Below are positions 38,743-47,704 of a stretch of 64,000 bases of DNA, piece by piece; the first letter of the stretch is position 1, and each line of letters begins with the position of its first letter. Under the pieces are notes generated by a model. That model did not search any database and was not told the origin of the DNA. It saw only the letters and a list, made by a program, of their open reading frames with translations. The stretch lies in IMG/VR virus record IMGVR_UViG_3300027374_000001. One strand, 5' to 3'. Origin of the DNA: a virus. Lineage: Duplodnaviria > Caudoviricetes. Made by a program: the position numbers and the translations under genes.

Positions 38743-38922
38743 TTTGCTACTACAGATTGTATTTAGCCATATAGATTCTTATAGAGCATGAGATTAAAAT
38801 TATTTCAATTAGATTCGCATAATAACCTAGATTAAAATATTTATACTTAAGTCGAGATAATATATAAAACTCAAGATTCATTTGAGTATTTAGATTATAA
38901 TCCATTTACTCAGATTAAATAC
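38743..38922 (-). repeat. TIGR-like array 3 (orphan)
   Basis: AGAT(T) at 38754, 38773, 38791, 38811, 38829, 38855, 38874, 38892, 38912; spacings 19,18,20,18,26,19,18,20 with mostly alternating AGATTC/AGATTA. Confidence 0.7.
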
Positions 38923-38927
38923 AATAA

Positions 38928-39626
38928 TTAAACTATCCACTGAATAATTTTCAGCCGCATACTACCAAATCTCAGCTTCTTCCATATACTAAATAGCAAA
39001 ACATTTATGTTATCCATGGGGTTTGGATGATATTTGTCAAAACAATGATCTTCTACTATACGTTGATATGATCCATGCATTTCATAATCATCGTTCATAT
39101 CATTTATTCTACTTTTTAATGTGTTAACAAAATCATTAGCTTCATTTTCTGTTGTGAAAATATATGGTTTAATACTTTCACAATCATGACCTATCAATGG
39201 GCATATTAATCCCTGTCGAGTAATAACACTCCCAAAAAAAGTAGAAGATGGGCTATATATTCTAATAGTATATGCAAACTTAGTATCTGAATATATTCGC
39301 AGTGTCCGTTCTCTAATATAATCTCCAATGTCCCTGTTAATATATCTTATTACCGATACCCCATATGGGAAAGTAACTCCTCTATTGATCTTATCCCCAT
39401 AGCCGTTCCTTATAGTTTCAATTGCATCTTTAACTTTTCCAAGAAATAATCCATATTCATCATGAGGATTGTGTGGGAAATAATAATCTACACCGTCCTG
39501 TGAAGGAATTATCTCTTGGCAATCAACTTGTTTTCCGTTATCGTCATACACTGCTATCTTATTAACAATACGTAAAAACTTTTCTTCAGTGGCATCATTT
39601 AATGCTTTAAATATTCTTGTTTTCAT
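38928..39626 (-). CDS. hypothetical protein
   Basis: 232-aa ORF, GGAGGT SD. Confidence 0.75.
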   Translation of the reverse strand: MKTRIFKALNDATEEKFLRIVNKIAVYDDNGKQVDCQEIIPSQDGVDYYFPHNPHDEYGLFLGKVKDAIETIRNGYGDKINRGVTFPYGVSVIRYINRDIGDYIRERTLRIYSDTKFAYTIRIYSPSSTFFGSVITRQGLICPLIGHDCESIKPYIFTTENEANDFVNTLKSRINDMNDDYEMHGSYQRIVEDHCFDKYHPNPMDNINVLLFSIWKKLRFGSMRLKIIQWIV

Positions 39627-39628
39627 AG

Positions 39629-40513
39629 TTATAGCACCTCCCCTTTCTTCCTCTTACTTAATAAAAATTTCTCACATTTGTTAAAATCACTTTCGCTTAT
39701 ATTTAATTTTTTGCATATGTCCTTTTTTGAAGATGAACCATTTTCATACTTCATGTAATATAAAGTGAACCCCGTAGGAATAGGATGAAAACTATATTCG
39801 CCAGTTTTAATACTTAAATTAACGTGTTTTAGCCCATTCTTATCTTCATAAACTCTTTTATACTGTGAAAATGTACACGGTCTGATACCAATTTCTGCGG
39901 CGGCATCCTTGGCTCTCATGACCCTATCTATGTATACCTTTTGATAGTAATCTCCGAAATTTTTAGGAAAGTATTGCTTAGATCCATTTGAAACATTACT
40001 TTTATTATCAGGAACCAGAGTATCAGATTCTCTAATACTATTGATTGACTCTCTCTCTCTAGAGGGTTTCTCTTTCAACACCAACGGTTTTATTCCATAT
40101 AATAAACACAAACCGTTTTGCAGTTTGTTAAGTAACGCTGGATCCTCAATAGTACCTTGATAATAATTTATATTTTTCATATATACAGGGCATTGTTTAG
40201 TTAAGTCTATCATCCTCCATTCATCGTTTTCATAAAACTTCATAGGAACATAAATATTTCCCTTATTTATTCTAATAAAGTCCACATACTCTTGTACATT
40301 TTGATCTGTAATTGCAACTTTTTCATGCGGGGTGCGTATTGGAGCAACCATAACGCTAACAGCCATATCCAATGGTTGTTGAATTATCACACACGGTCTC
40401 GTTTTAGTCATTCCATCACCCAGACTATCATTATCAAGATCGCATGTGTATACATCGAATTGCCGAAATTTACGCCTCAGATTATAATTCTTTTCTCTAG
40501 TTTTAAATTGCAT
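39629..40513 (-). CDS. PemK/MazF-like domain fused to two HTH-like repeats
   Basis: RQFDVYTCDL...MTKTRPCVIIQ...VMVAPIRT (MazF/PemK signature); two P-x-x-F-x-x-YY...HTH-like units at the C-terminus. Confidence 0.65.
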   Translation of the reverse strand: MQFKTREKNYNLRRKFRQFDVYTCDLDNDSLGDGMTKTRPCVIIQQPLDMAVSVMVAPIRTPHEKVAITDQNVQEYVDFIRINKGNIYVPMKFYENDEWRMIDLTKQCPVYMKNINYYQGTIEDPALLNKLQNGLCLLYGIKPLVLKEKPSRERESINSIRESDTLVPDNKSNVSNGSKQYFPKNFGDYYQKVYIDRVMRAKDAAAEIGIRPCTFSQYKRVYEDKNGLKHVNLSIKTGEYSFHPIPTGFTLYYMKYENGSSSKKDICKKLNISESDFNKCEKFLLSKRKKGEVL

Positions 40514-40621
40514 TTGGAATCCTCCTTGGTAATATTTTTTATTGCTTCATGGATATAATATGCAATTATCAAAAAATAAAATAACAGGACCCGCGTTTAC
40601 GCAGGCCCCGCAAAGTCATGC

Positions 40622-40945
40622 TTATTCTTTAAGAAGATTTTTACACAAAGATATCTTATGCATTTCTATCATAGATCCAGATATTTTTAGCTTTTTTTGC
40701 ATTATTTCTAAAGATAGCTCTGCTAATGCCAGATGTTTGACAATAGGTGCCGAATGTGTCTCTAAATCCTCTAAAAAGTCTGACGTTGAATCGTAATTCT
40801 TTCTCAATACAGTTGCATAATCGCATATAATACTATTCAAATGCGATTGAGAATTAATCAAAAACAATATAACGTCTTCTAAATTCATATCAGCATATGC
40901 CGAAATTGTCCTCTCCACAAGGTCTGTATTGCTCTGTTCACTCAT
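40622..40945 (-). CDS. hypothetical protein
   Basis: 107-aa ORF coupled to the upstream gene. Confidence 0.7.
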   Translation of the reverse strand: MSEQSNTDLVERTISAYADMNLEDVILFLINSQSHLNSIICDYATVLRKNYDSTSDFLEDLETHSAPIVKHLALAELSLEIMQKKLKISGSMIEMHKISLCKNLLKE

Positions 40946-41288
40946 TGTTAATACCCATCCTTTTCAATTGGCGATTTAGCTTCTCTAATCGTATCTCATT
41001 TACAACAGCGTCTTTTATACCAAACATGTGTTTCACATTAGCAATAGTATTTTCGACATCTGCAATCTCACTAATAATATTAGAAAGATTACTAGATGAA
41101 TTAGACGGACATTTATTTTGAGTCCTTATTGCATATTCCGTTTCGTAGATATTTCTTTGACGCTTAGATAACTCCTTTATCAGTTCAGACATTTCCTCTA
41201 TGCATACTTCTATCTCTATCTGAATAGTAGAGTTAGCACATAACTCTTTCATTTTACGATTTAATAATAAATCAACTTCTTTCATCAT
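40938..41288 (-). CDS. MazG-like nucleotide pyrophosphohydrolase
   Basis: CIEEMSELIKELSK...IISEIADV (EExxE...ExxD). Confidence 0.75.
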   Translation of the reverse strand: MMKEVDLLLNRKMKELCANSTIQIEIEVCIEEMSELIKELSKRQRNIYETEYAIRTQNKCPSNSSSNLSNIISEIADVENTIANVKHMFGIKDAVVNEIRLEKLNRQLKRMGINNE

Positions 41289-41298
41289 TAGTCCTCTC

Positions 41299-42825
41299 TT
41301 AGTTTCGATTTCTTGACACTATCTCTCGTATTTTGTTTAGATTATCTTGTGAGTAATTTCCTCTTGATAGTTTAAGCATCGTATAAGTATTAATGATTGT
41401 ATCTCTCTTATGATTTACTGAGTTATTGAACTCACCATCATTCTTAGAGATATATGCAGCATTCCTTGGATTAAATACATCAGATGCTCTTTCTAAGAAT
41501 GCCTGATTGATTATCAGTAATACATTCAATACATCACCATCAAAATCAGCAGCCATCGGCTCAAGAATCTGCAGTGGTACTCCCATCGTATACCCGTCTG
41601 TCATCTTCACACAATACATTTGGAATATTGACCCATAAGATATCGTAGGATTACGATTTATAAGTAAAGGCAGACCTCTTTTGCTCTTATCGTTATCTAT
41701 CAATGATTGTATAATATTGGCCACGGTTTCATTTCTAGTAATGCAAGCCCTATACCAAAAATTATATGCATCATTATAATTCATAGAATATGACTTGTGC
41801 AGAATATTTATAATCCTTTGCTGCAATAATTCACATAGCGCAGAATACGGAAGAGACACCTCATCTATTCTAAGCATTGGGTCTCCTACTATAACATCTC
41901 TAGACGTGAAATTATACCTTCCCCCTATAAGAGTTCTGATAGCTCCCTTTTTCCCTGAAAGTATGGCTTCTATAGAAGTATAAAGCTCGTTAAACTTCAT
42001 CTGCAAATTGTACAGACATTGAAGTTTTGGTTTTTTCATTCTAAATAATTTTAGAGACTCGTTATTAATTTGTGTCTTCAACTTGTTAATCATCATATAT
42101 AAAGCATTAGTATCTTCATAATATAATGATTTAGCATCAAATTCAAATGGTCTTAGTAAAGAAGTAAAAACAGGAATTGAACTCGTAAATACATCTCTAC
42201 GATGTTCCATTATATCGTCATAGTATGCCATTTTCTGTTTCTTTTTATTAATGTAATGAAACATGATTTCATCGAATCTCTCTATGAAATTCATCATACC
42301 TATGGCAAAATATGGCTCGTCATCCGGAGCTTTTATTTCCATATCATGTCCGTCTTCGTCTTTTGTAGTATGCTCAACGTCAAGAATATTTTGTAAAGTT
42401 TCTGTTCCTATGATGAATTCTATGGACTTATAAAATGATGGATGAATAATTTGATATGGTTCTTTAAGGACTATCCAACCAGTATAATCAAAATTATCAT
42501 CGACATATTTTACTTTTGTTCCACACACTTTACATTTAACTCCATCGTTAATCTTATGTGTGGTAGCACCGCATTCACAGCGATATTTATTAGCAAACTG
42601 ATTTATATCTTTGAGAGTTTGCCCATACTTTGGACTAAATATAGAATTTGGATCTTTGATATCCTTTTTAATACCTTTAGTATCTGATACTAAAAATCCA
42701 TTGTTAGAAAGAATATCAAGTATTCTCTCATCATCAAAGTTAATTCTTGTCAGCTTAGTCTCATATCTGTACTCGTCTGAATGCGGATAAGTCAATTTAA
42801 TATTCATTTTTGCTTGACTATCCAT
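41299..42825 (-). CDS. RNA polymerase beta' N-terminal/catalytic subunit (probably non-virion RNAP)
   Basis: Zn finger CECG...CKVC, IPVF...LRP, GKKGAIR...GGRYNFTSRDVI, NRNPTI, catalytic MAADFDGD. Confidence 0.92.
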   Translation of the reverse strand: MDSQAKMNIKLTYPHSDEYRYETKLTRINFDDERILDILSNNGFLVSDTKGIKKDIKDPNSIFSPKYGQTLKDINQFANKYRCECGATTHKINDGVKCKVCGTKVKYVDDNFDYTGWIVLKEPYQIIHPSFYKSIEFIIGTETLQNILDVEHTTKDEDGHDMEIKAPDDEPYFAIGMMNFIERFDEIMFHYINKKKQKMAYYDDIMEHRRDVFTSSIPVFTSLLRPFEFDAKSLYYEDTNALYMMINKLKTQINNESLKLFRMKKPKLQCLYNLQMKFNELYTSIEAILSGKKGAIRTLIGGRYNFTSRDVIVGDPMLRIDEVSLPYSALCELLQQRIINILHKSYSMNYNDAYNFWYRACITRNETVANIIQSLIDNDKSKRGLPLLINRNPTISYGSIFQMYCVKMTDGYTMGVPLQILEPMAADFDGDVLNVLLIINQAFLERASDVFNPRNAAYISKNDGEFNNSVNHKRDTIINTYTMLKLSRGNYSQDNLNKIREIVSRNRN

Positions 42826-42855
42826 TTTATCCTCCTGTGCTTCATTTTATTGTAT

Positions 42856-42872
42856 TTCATCGTTATAATATA
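42856..42872 (-). promoter_or_regulatory. class I (early-like) promoter TATATTAT-N5-TGAA
   Basis: same spaced motif recurs upstream of about ten minus-strand genes; resembles the phiKZ early TATATTAC. Confidence 0.6.
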
Positions 42873-42953
42873 CGATTATTGTTTAAGTTGCGATTTTTAT
42901 AAAAATAAAATAAGTGGAGCAGTCACAATCGACCGCTCCACGTTATTTAAGAC

Positions 42954-43586
42954 TTATCTAGAAATCAAATAGTCCTTGGGGATTTCAGCAAATTTACTAC
43001 CATTTTTTATATCATAAATGGTTTTTAAGCTAAATTCTCCTATAAAATTAGAATAAATCTGATTACAAGGCATTCCCTTTTCAAGCATAATACATACTGC
43101 TCTTACTGCCTCTTCTTTAGACATAAACCCACCATTACGTATGTCACAAAGAACTTTGATCTCAAATGAATTTTTCCATTCAAGATTCCACACATAATCA
43201 TTAGTTTCTACCCAATTTTTATGATGAACAAAAAATCTATTCAGATATTTGTCATAACCTGTTTTTGGAATAAATGCTCTAGCAACAAGACGAGCCACCA
43301 TTACTCTTTTAGAGCATCCATCAGTTGTTCTAAGCTGCACTGTATTATAACCAGTCGACTTCGTCTGATATGACATCTCTTGACCAGTCTTAAACGAAAG
43401 CACCCTTCCAAAAGAGGAAATCACATATGAATCGGGCTTTATATTTAGAAAATCGATTATATAAAATCTTTCTTTTACCCATTCTCCGTTTACCTTTTTC
43501 TTCTTAGTATCTCTTTTATTTATAGGGTTATAGTCATAAAAATTATTTGAATTTGGGGTTATATCTAAATGAAAATTCATATACAT
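42954..43586 (-). CDS. NUMOD4/HNH homing-endonuclease-like protein
   Basis: YVISSFGRVLS, GYNTVQL, VARLVARAFIP, VHHKNW...NDYVWNLEW; free-standing between RNAP genes. Confidence 0.75.
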   Translation of the reverse strand: MYMNFHLDITPNSNNFYDYNPINKRDTKKKKVNGEWVKERFYIIDFLNIKPDSYVISSFGRVLSFKTGQEMSYQTKSTGYNTVQLRTTDGCSKRVMVARLVARAFIPKTGYDKYLNRFFVHHKNWVETNDYVWNLEWKNSFEIKVLCDIRNGGFMSKEEAVRAVCIMLEKGMPCNQIYSNFIGEFSLKTIYDIKNGSKFAEIPKDYLISR

Positions 43587-43603
43587 AATTCTAAATCCTC
43601 CAA

Positions 43604-44839
43604 TTAAAATATTTTATCTAAATCTACTTCCATAAACTCTTTTACTGAATTATGGAATGATTTCATAGATATATTTTTTAATGTAGATGGAATTTTTGGC
43701 GTAGCCGCCCCCACATTTTCTTTATGTAACCTATAAAATGAAGTTCCTAAACATTTACTACACTTTTCTCCATTTTTAGACTGGCATAAAGAAGCAAATC
43801 TAAAGTGCACAGTTTTGCCTATGTACTTATCCATATTTTGAGATGTAAGTTCTACTAACTTGTTTCCTTCCTTCATGTAGAAATACATATAGGAAAGGAT
43901 ATTCTTTTTATCTAGTTTTACTGTTATCGTATATGGAGTACCACAATCAGAACCCTCGGGTCCTGCATGAATATGCTGTAATGCATTTACAAACAATTTC
44001 TCTAAATGACCACCATTAGCCGTTTTAATGGCGCGGTTATATGGGCCTTCAGTAAGAGAAGCTGCAAACAAAGCATATTCCTCAGCAGATATGCCATCTA
44101 TAAGATTAGATGTAGCCACCTTATATGGAACTTTAGCATTAGGATTGGGGTCTTTGATTATTCCTTTCATAACAAACATGTTTTTGAAGTTATTATTAAA
44201 GCTTCCTCTAGCTCCAGAAAGGAACATATCCATAGATGGGTCATCTTTCATATACTCTCTGGCATACTCCAATAATTCTTTTTCCATCTTGGCTCCAACC
44301 AAATAGTCTCCAGCATCTAAGTCTTTCTTGTATTTTTTAAGCAATTCTCTCTTTTTGATATTAATTGCTCTAGTACAAGTAAGCATCTTATCTGTAAAAT
44401 TTGGAGATAAAATGCACACATAGTCCATGAATAACTGATACTTTAAATTGTATCGTTTAAATGCTTCTAGTTCTATTCTGTCTTCAGCCAAAGCATATGA
44501 TAATACTTGGTTCATATAATCGTATTCATCACCATTGATAGATTTATTTATATAACCAAATATATCAAAAAAGTCTTGTTCTATAAAATATTTATTAAAA
44601 ATCCATATACCGACAGTAGTGGTAAATTTATTTTTATTTCTCTTACCTTCGGGTCCATAAGAACCAGCAGGAATTTCTATTATATCATATGGGTTAAACC
44701 TTGTTCTACCATTGAACTCTCCAAATGTTTCCATTATAGTAGTTCTAGTATATTCGTGGAGACTATCTCCAATATTTAGTAAAAATTCAACATCTGTTGG
44801 TTTTGTAATGGTAGATGATTTTCTTTTGTCACTGCTCAA
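43604..44839 (-). CDS. RNA polymerase beta' C-terminal-part subunit (probably virion RNAP)
   Basis: TTVGIWIFN, SGARGS, bridge-helix-like KTANGGHLEKLF, SDCGT, C-x6-CSKCLG zinc site; TTG start at 44839 after AAGGAGGT (ORF track 44863). Confidence 0.85.
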   Translation of the reverse strand: MSSDKRKSSTITKPTDVEFLLNIGDSLHEYTRTTIMETFGEFNGRTRFNPYDIIEIPAGSYGPEGKRNKNKFTTTVGIWIFNKYFIEQDFFDIFGYINKSINGDEYDYMNQVLSYALAEDRIELEAFKRYNLKYQLFMDYVCILSPNFTDKMLTCTRAINIKKRELLKKYKKDLDAGDYLVGAKMEKELLEYAREYMKDDPSMDMFLSGARGSFNNNFKNMFVMKGIIKDPNPNAKVPYKVATSNLIDGISAEEYALFAASLTEGPYNRAIKTANGGHLEKLFVNALQHIHAGPEGSDCGTPYTITVKLDKKNILSYMYFYMKEGNKLVELTSQNMDKYIGKTVHFRFASLCQSKNGEKCSKCLGTSFYRLHKENVGAATPKIPSTLKNISMKSFHNSVKEFMEVDLDKIF

Positions 44840-44926
44840 TTCCCTAAACCTCCTTTCGTGCATCCTTATTAATAAGTTGAAGACAAAAAATAAAACCTGT
44901 GCCGAATTGCTCCGGCACAGGACAGT

Positions 44927-45328
44927 TTATTTAATTTTCTGATTATTTATATACATTTCCATTCCTTGTTCTGGAAAAGCTCCTATAATCATGTCGACTA
45001 CATCGTCTTCAGATAGTATTATCTCATAATCTTCCGAGCAGAATTGACATTCGTAGTTGACTTCTGGGTCTGGATAAGCATTACCGTCATTATATGCAAA
45101 ATGGGTATTAGGAATCTTATTAATGTCCCCACACCTTTCGCATACGAATTCTAAGGTACCAGTATCATTTTCATCCATATCAGATACAGTATCTATGGCA
45201 TCGAATGTCTGAATAAACTCGGTGTCACTTTTTCTTAAGAGTATCATAGAGAATTGATTATCCGAATTGAGGTTGCAGATAACCGCACTCTCGATATCCT
45301 CTACATTTAAATTGATTTCTTTTTCCAT
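44927..45328 (-). CDS. hypothetical zinc-ribbon protein
   Basis: CERC...CQFC. Confidence 0.7.
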   Translation of the reverse strand: MEKEINLNVEDIESAVICNLNSDNQFSMILLRKSDTEFIQTFDAIDTVSDMDENDTGTLEFVCERCGDINKIPNTHFAYNDGNAYPDPEVNYECQFCSEDYEIILSEDDVVDMIIGAFPEQGMEMYINNQKIK

Positions 45329-45397
45329 TAGTATCTCCTCCTATACGTTTAGTATATCTTTCTTTTAATAAAGTTGTTTAGATAAACATTTTTTAAT

Positions 45398-45826
45398 TTA
45401 AACTCTGCAGCTGATATTAAAATACTCCTTAACTTTATCTATATTTAAGATCTTTCTTTTTACTTGAAGATCTAAGGTTTTTGTTAGTTTTTCGCTATCA
45501 TGCCAACCTTTAATTGCTCTCATGTATATTACGTCGCATTCATCCGTCTTTATATCAAATTTTACCAACATAATCATATTTATAGGAGTAATTGTATTAA
45601 ATTTTACTACAGCTTCAAACGTAACATAATCGTCTCCTAAATCATACACTGTATCTATTACTGAAATGGGTAATTTTCTTCCGTTTGTAAATTCTACATA
45701 ATGATCGCTTTTAAAATCAGCGGTTTCAAAATATTTAAAGTTTTCAGGTTTCAAATATTGATCTTTTTCCATAACATCTGGAAAGTGACCAATCATTAGA
45801 GCCAATTTCATTCCATTATAAATCAT
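45398..45826 (-). CDS. hypothetical protein, paralog of the N-terminus of the upstream gene
   Basis: MIYNGMKLALMIGHFPD vs MLYNGMKLGFLIGEMPD. Confidence 0.75.
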   Translation of the reverse strand: MIYNGMKLALMIGHFPDVMEKDQYLKPENFKYFETADFKSDHYVEFTNGRKLPISVIDTVYDLGDDYVTFEAVVKFNTITPINMIMLVKFDIKTDECDVIYMRAIKGWHDSEKLTKTLDLQVKRKILNIDKVKEYFNISCRV

Positions 45827-46742
45827 CTGTATTTGCTCCTTTTATTTTGATTTCTGAGGTTAATACTAAATCAATGCTTTTTGCATTATGCGCTAGTTGT
45901 TCAGTTGCAAAATATTTAATTTTTACAATTTCAAACTTATCAGAATTCTCTTTATTTTTAAAAATAATTACTCCATTGCACGTGTCTATCGAGTTATCAA
46001 AAATTTTATTATCAAATTTAGCATGATACGTTATTTCCTTATTGTGAGGATCAACATTACGTTCACAGTCAATAACAACAATGGATTTACCATTTTCCAT
46101 ATCTATTATTTTAGAACCACTACATAATACAGAATCGATATCATCAGTATATTCATAATATTGATCTGTATCCAGATCCGTTTCTGGTGATATTTTAGGA
46201 TTACGTATTAGTCCCATATAATAATTTTCATGGTCTGTAATAAGATTTTCATCCATCTTTACAGTTTCAGTTATATTCTCACTAATCTCCGATTCATTTT
46301 CTATATATTTTACCACTTTGGTATCATTATTAGAATAATCTTCAATAATAGAACGCATTTGTTCATAACTTGGAACAATAAATTCACTTCTCGGAATTTT
46401 CATGCCAAAGATGTATTCACCTTTACTGATATTCAGCTTTTCAACATTTTTAGTTACACCTAACACGGTTGGATCTCCATACAAATCAATTCCAATAAGT
46501 ACCAAAACATTCACAACACTATCTTCAGTAACAAGCACCATGGTTTCAGAAATTATATCATCTTCACCATTATCATATATACTAGTTACCGAAGAAATTG
46601 GTATTTCAACTTGGTCGTTATAAATAACTTCTTCATAAATAAAGTTTGCAGGTTTTAATTGTTTTACCAAAGGTTCCCCTTCATTTATATGATCCGGCAT
46701 CTCTCCAATTAAAAATCCTAATTTCATCCCATTATAAAGCAT
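45816..46742 (-). CDS. hypothetical protein
   Basis: 308 aa, AGGAGG SD, class I promoter at 46772-46788. Confidence 0.75.
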   Translation of the reverse strand: MLYNGMKLGFLIGEMPDHINEGEPLVKQLKPANFIYEEVIYNDQVEIPISSVTSIYDNGEDDIISETMVLVTEDSVVNVLVLIGIDLYGDPTVLGVTKNVEKLNISKGEYIFGMKIPRSEFIVPSYEQMRSIIEDYSNNDTKVVKYIENESEISENITETVKMDENLITDHENYYMGLIRNPKISPETDLDTDQYYEYTDDIDSVLCSGSKIIDMENGKSIVVIDCERNVDPHNKEITYHAKFDNKIFDNSIDTCNGVIIFKNKENSDKFEIVKIKYFATEQLAHNAKSIDLVLTSEIKIKGANTDDL

Positions 46743-46809
46743 ATTAATTTCCTCCTATTGTATAAAATTTATTCATTAATATAATATATAATCTAAAATA
46801 AAAAAGAAC

Positions 46810-46835
46810 CCGGTAGGAGAATTACCTCCTACCGG
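46810..46835 (-). terminator. intrinsic terminator
   Basis: CCGGTAGGAG/CTCCTACCGG stem plus T tract. Confidence 0.7.
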
Positions 46836-46842
46836 TATAGTT

Positions 46843-47658
46843 TTAATAATAAATATGATAAGTTATGTCAATTCCCTTTGTAAGATCAATAAGGGATTCA
46901 TTCGGAAAGTTCAATTTAGTAAGTGGGCGAACTCCTTGATAGTATGTATACCCATCAATAACCACAGGGACTCCAGTAAGAAGAGAAATAGTATTAATCT
47001 TAGCATCGTTAATTCCTGTAGTTTTATCAAAGAATTCTCTACAATCATCTTTAGTAATTGTAAGCTTTAACTCTACGAATGTCTCCGCTTCACTCATGCT
47101 CTTATGACTAAGATAAATATTTTCATCTATTGGCGTACCATCAATGTATTGCACATTAAGAGTGGGCTCGGTCTCAAAGGCCTTAAAGTAATATGCAATA
47201 ACATCAGTTCCAAGTAATTTCTTTCTACCAAAATATCTTTCTCTCATTGCTGGGGAGAGGTCATTATCATCGAAGACGTATCTAAATGGAACTAAAGACT
47301 CCGGGCGAATCCATTTAGTATAATCTACATCAAACACTTGTGAAGACTCTGGTCCACATCCATCCGTTCCAACACAAAACAGGACAACCTTAGCACTCAA
47401 TTCTTGGGCATCACTTAATGCCTGAATTCCATCTAATCCTAATGCAGTATTATATGTAGGCAGCTTAACAGGTGGAACAATTCCAAAATGCTTACTAGCG
47501 GTATATATAGAGCCAGGAATTATAACCTTATTAGAACCCCTGAATAATTCTACATCAGTTCCGTGCACTTTTATAACTATATCTGTCTTCCTTATGATTG
47601 CATTATCATACGCTCTTGCTTTCTCTCCTCTATCAAATAGATTCAACTGTTTATTCAT
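46843..47658 (-). CDS. probable baseplate/tail structural protein
   Basis: NKVIIPG...FCVGTDG...INTISLL...KLNFPNESL...IDITYHIYY resembles tail-fibre/baseplate attachment proteins; follows a large late gene. Confidence 0.6.
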   Translation of the reverse strand: MNKQLNLFDRGEKARAYDNAIIRKTDIVIKVHGTDVELFRGSNKVIIPGSIYTASKHFGIVPPVKLPTYNTALGLDGIQALSDAQELSAKVVLFCVGTDGCGPESSQVFDVDYTKWIRPESLVPFRYVFDDNDLSPAMRERYFGRKKLLGTDVIAYYFKAFETEPTLNVQYIDGTPIDENIYLSHKSMSEAETFVELKLTITKDDCREFFDKTTGINDAKINTISLLTGVPVVIDGYTYYQGVRPLTKLNFPNESLIDLTKGIDITYHIYY

Positions 47659-47704
47659 GTCTATTATTCCTCCTATTTAATCAATTACTTATAATGTTTC
47701 GGAT

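Noticed and set aside
42826-43603. Group I intron joining the two beta' ORFs
   Set aside because: The pieces are in reverse domain order, each has its own SD and promoter, and the intergenic gaps are too short for a ribozyme core
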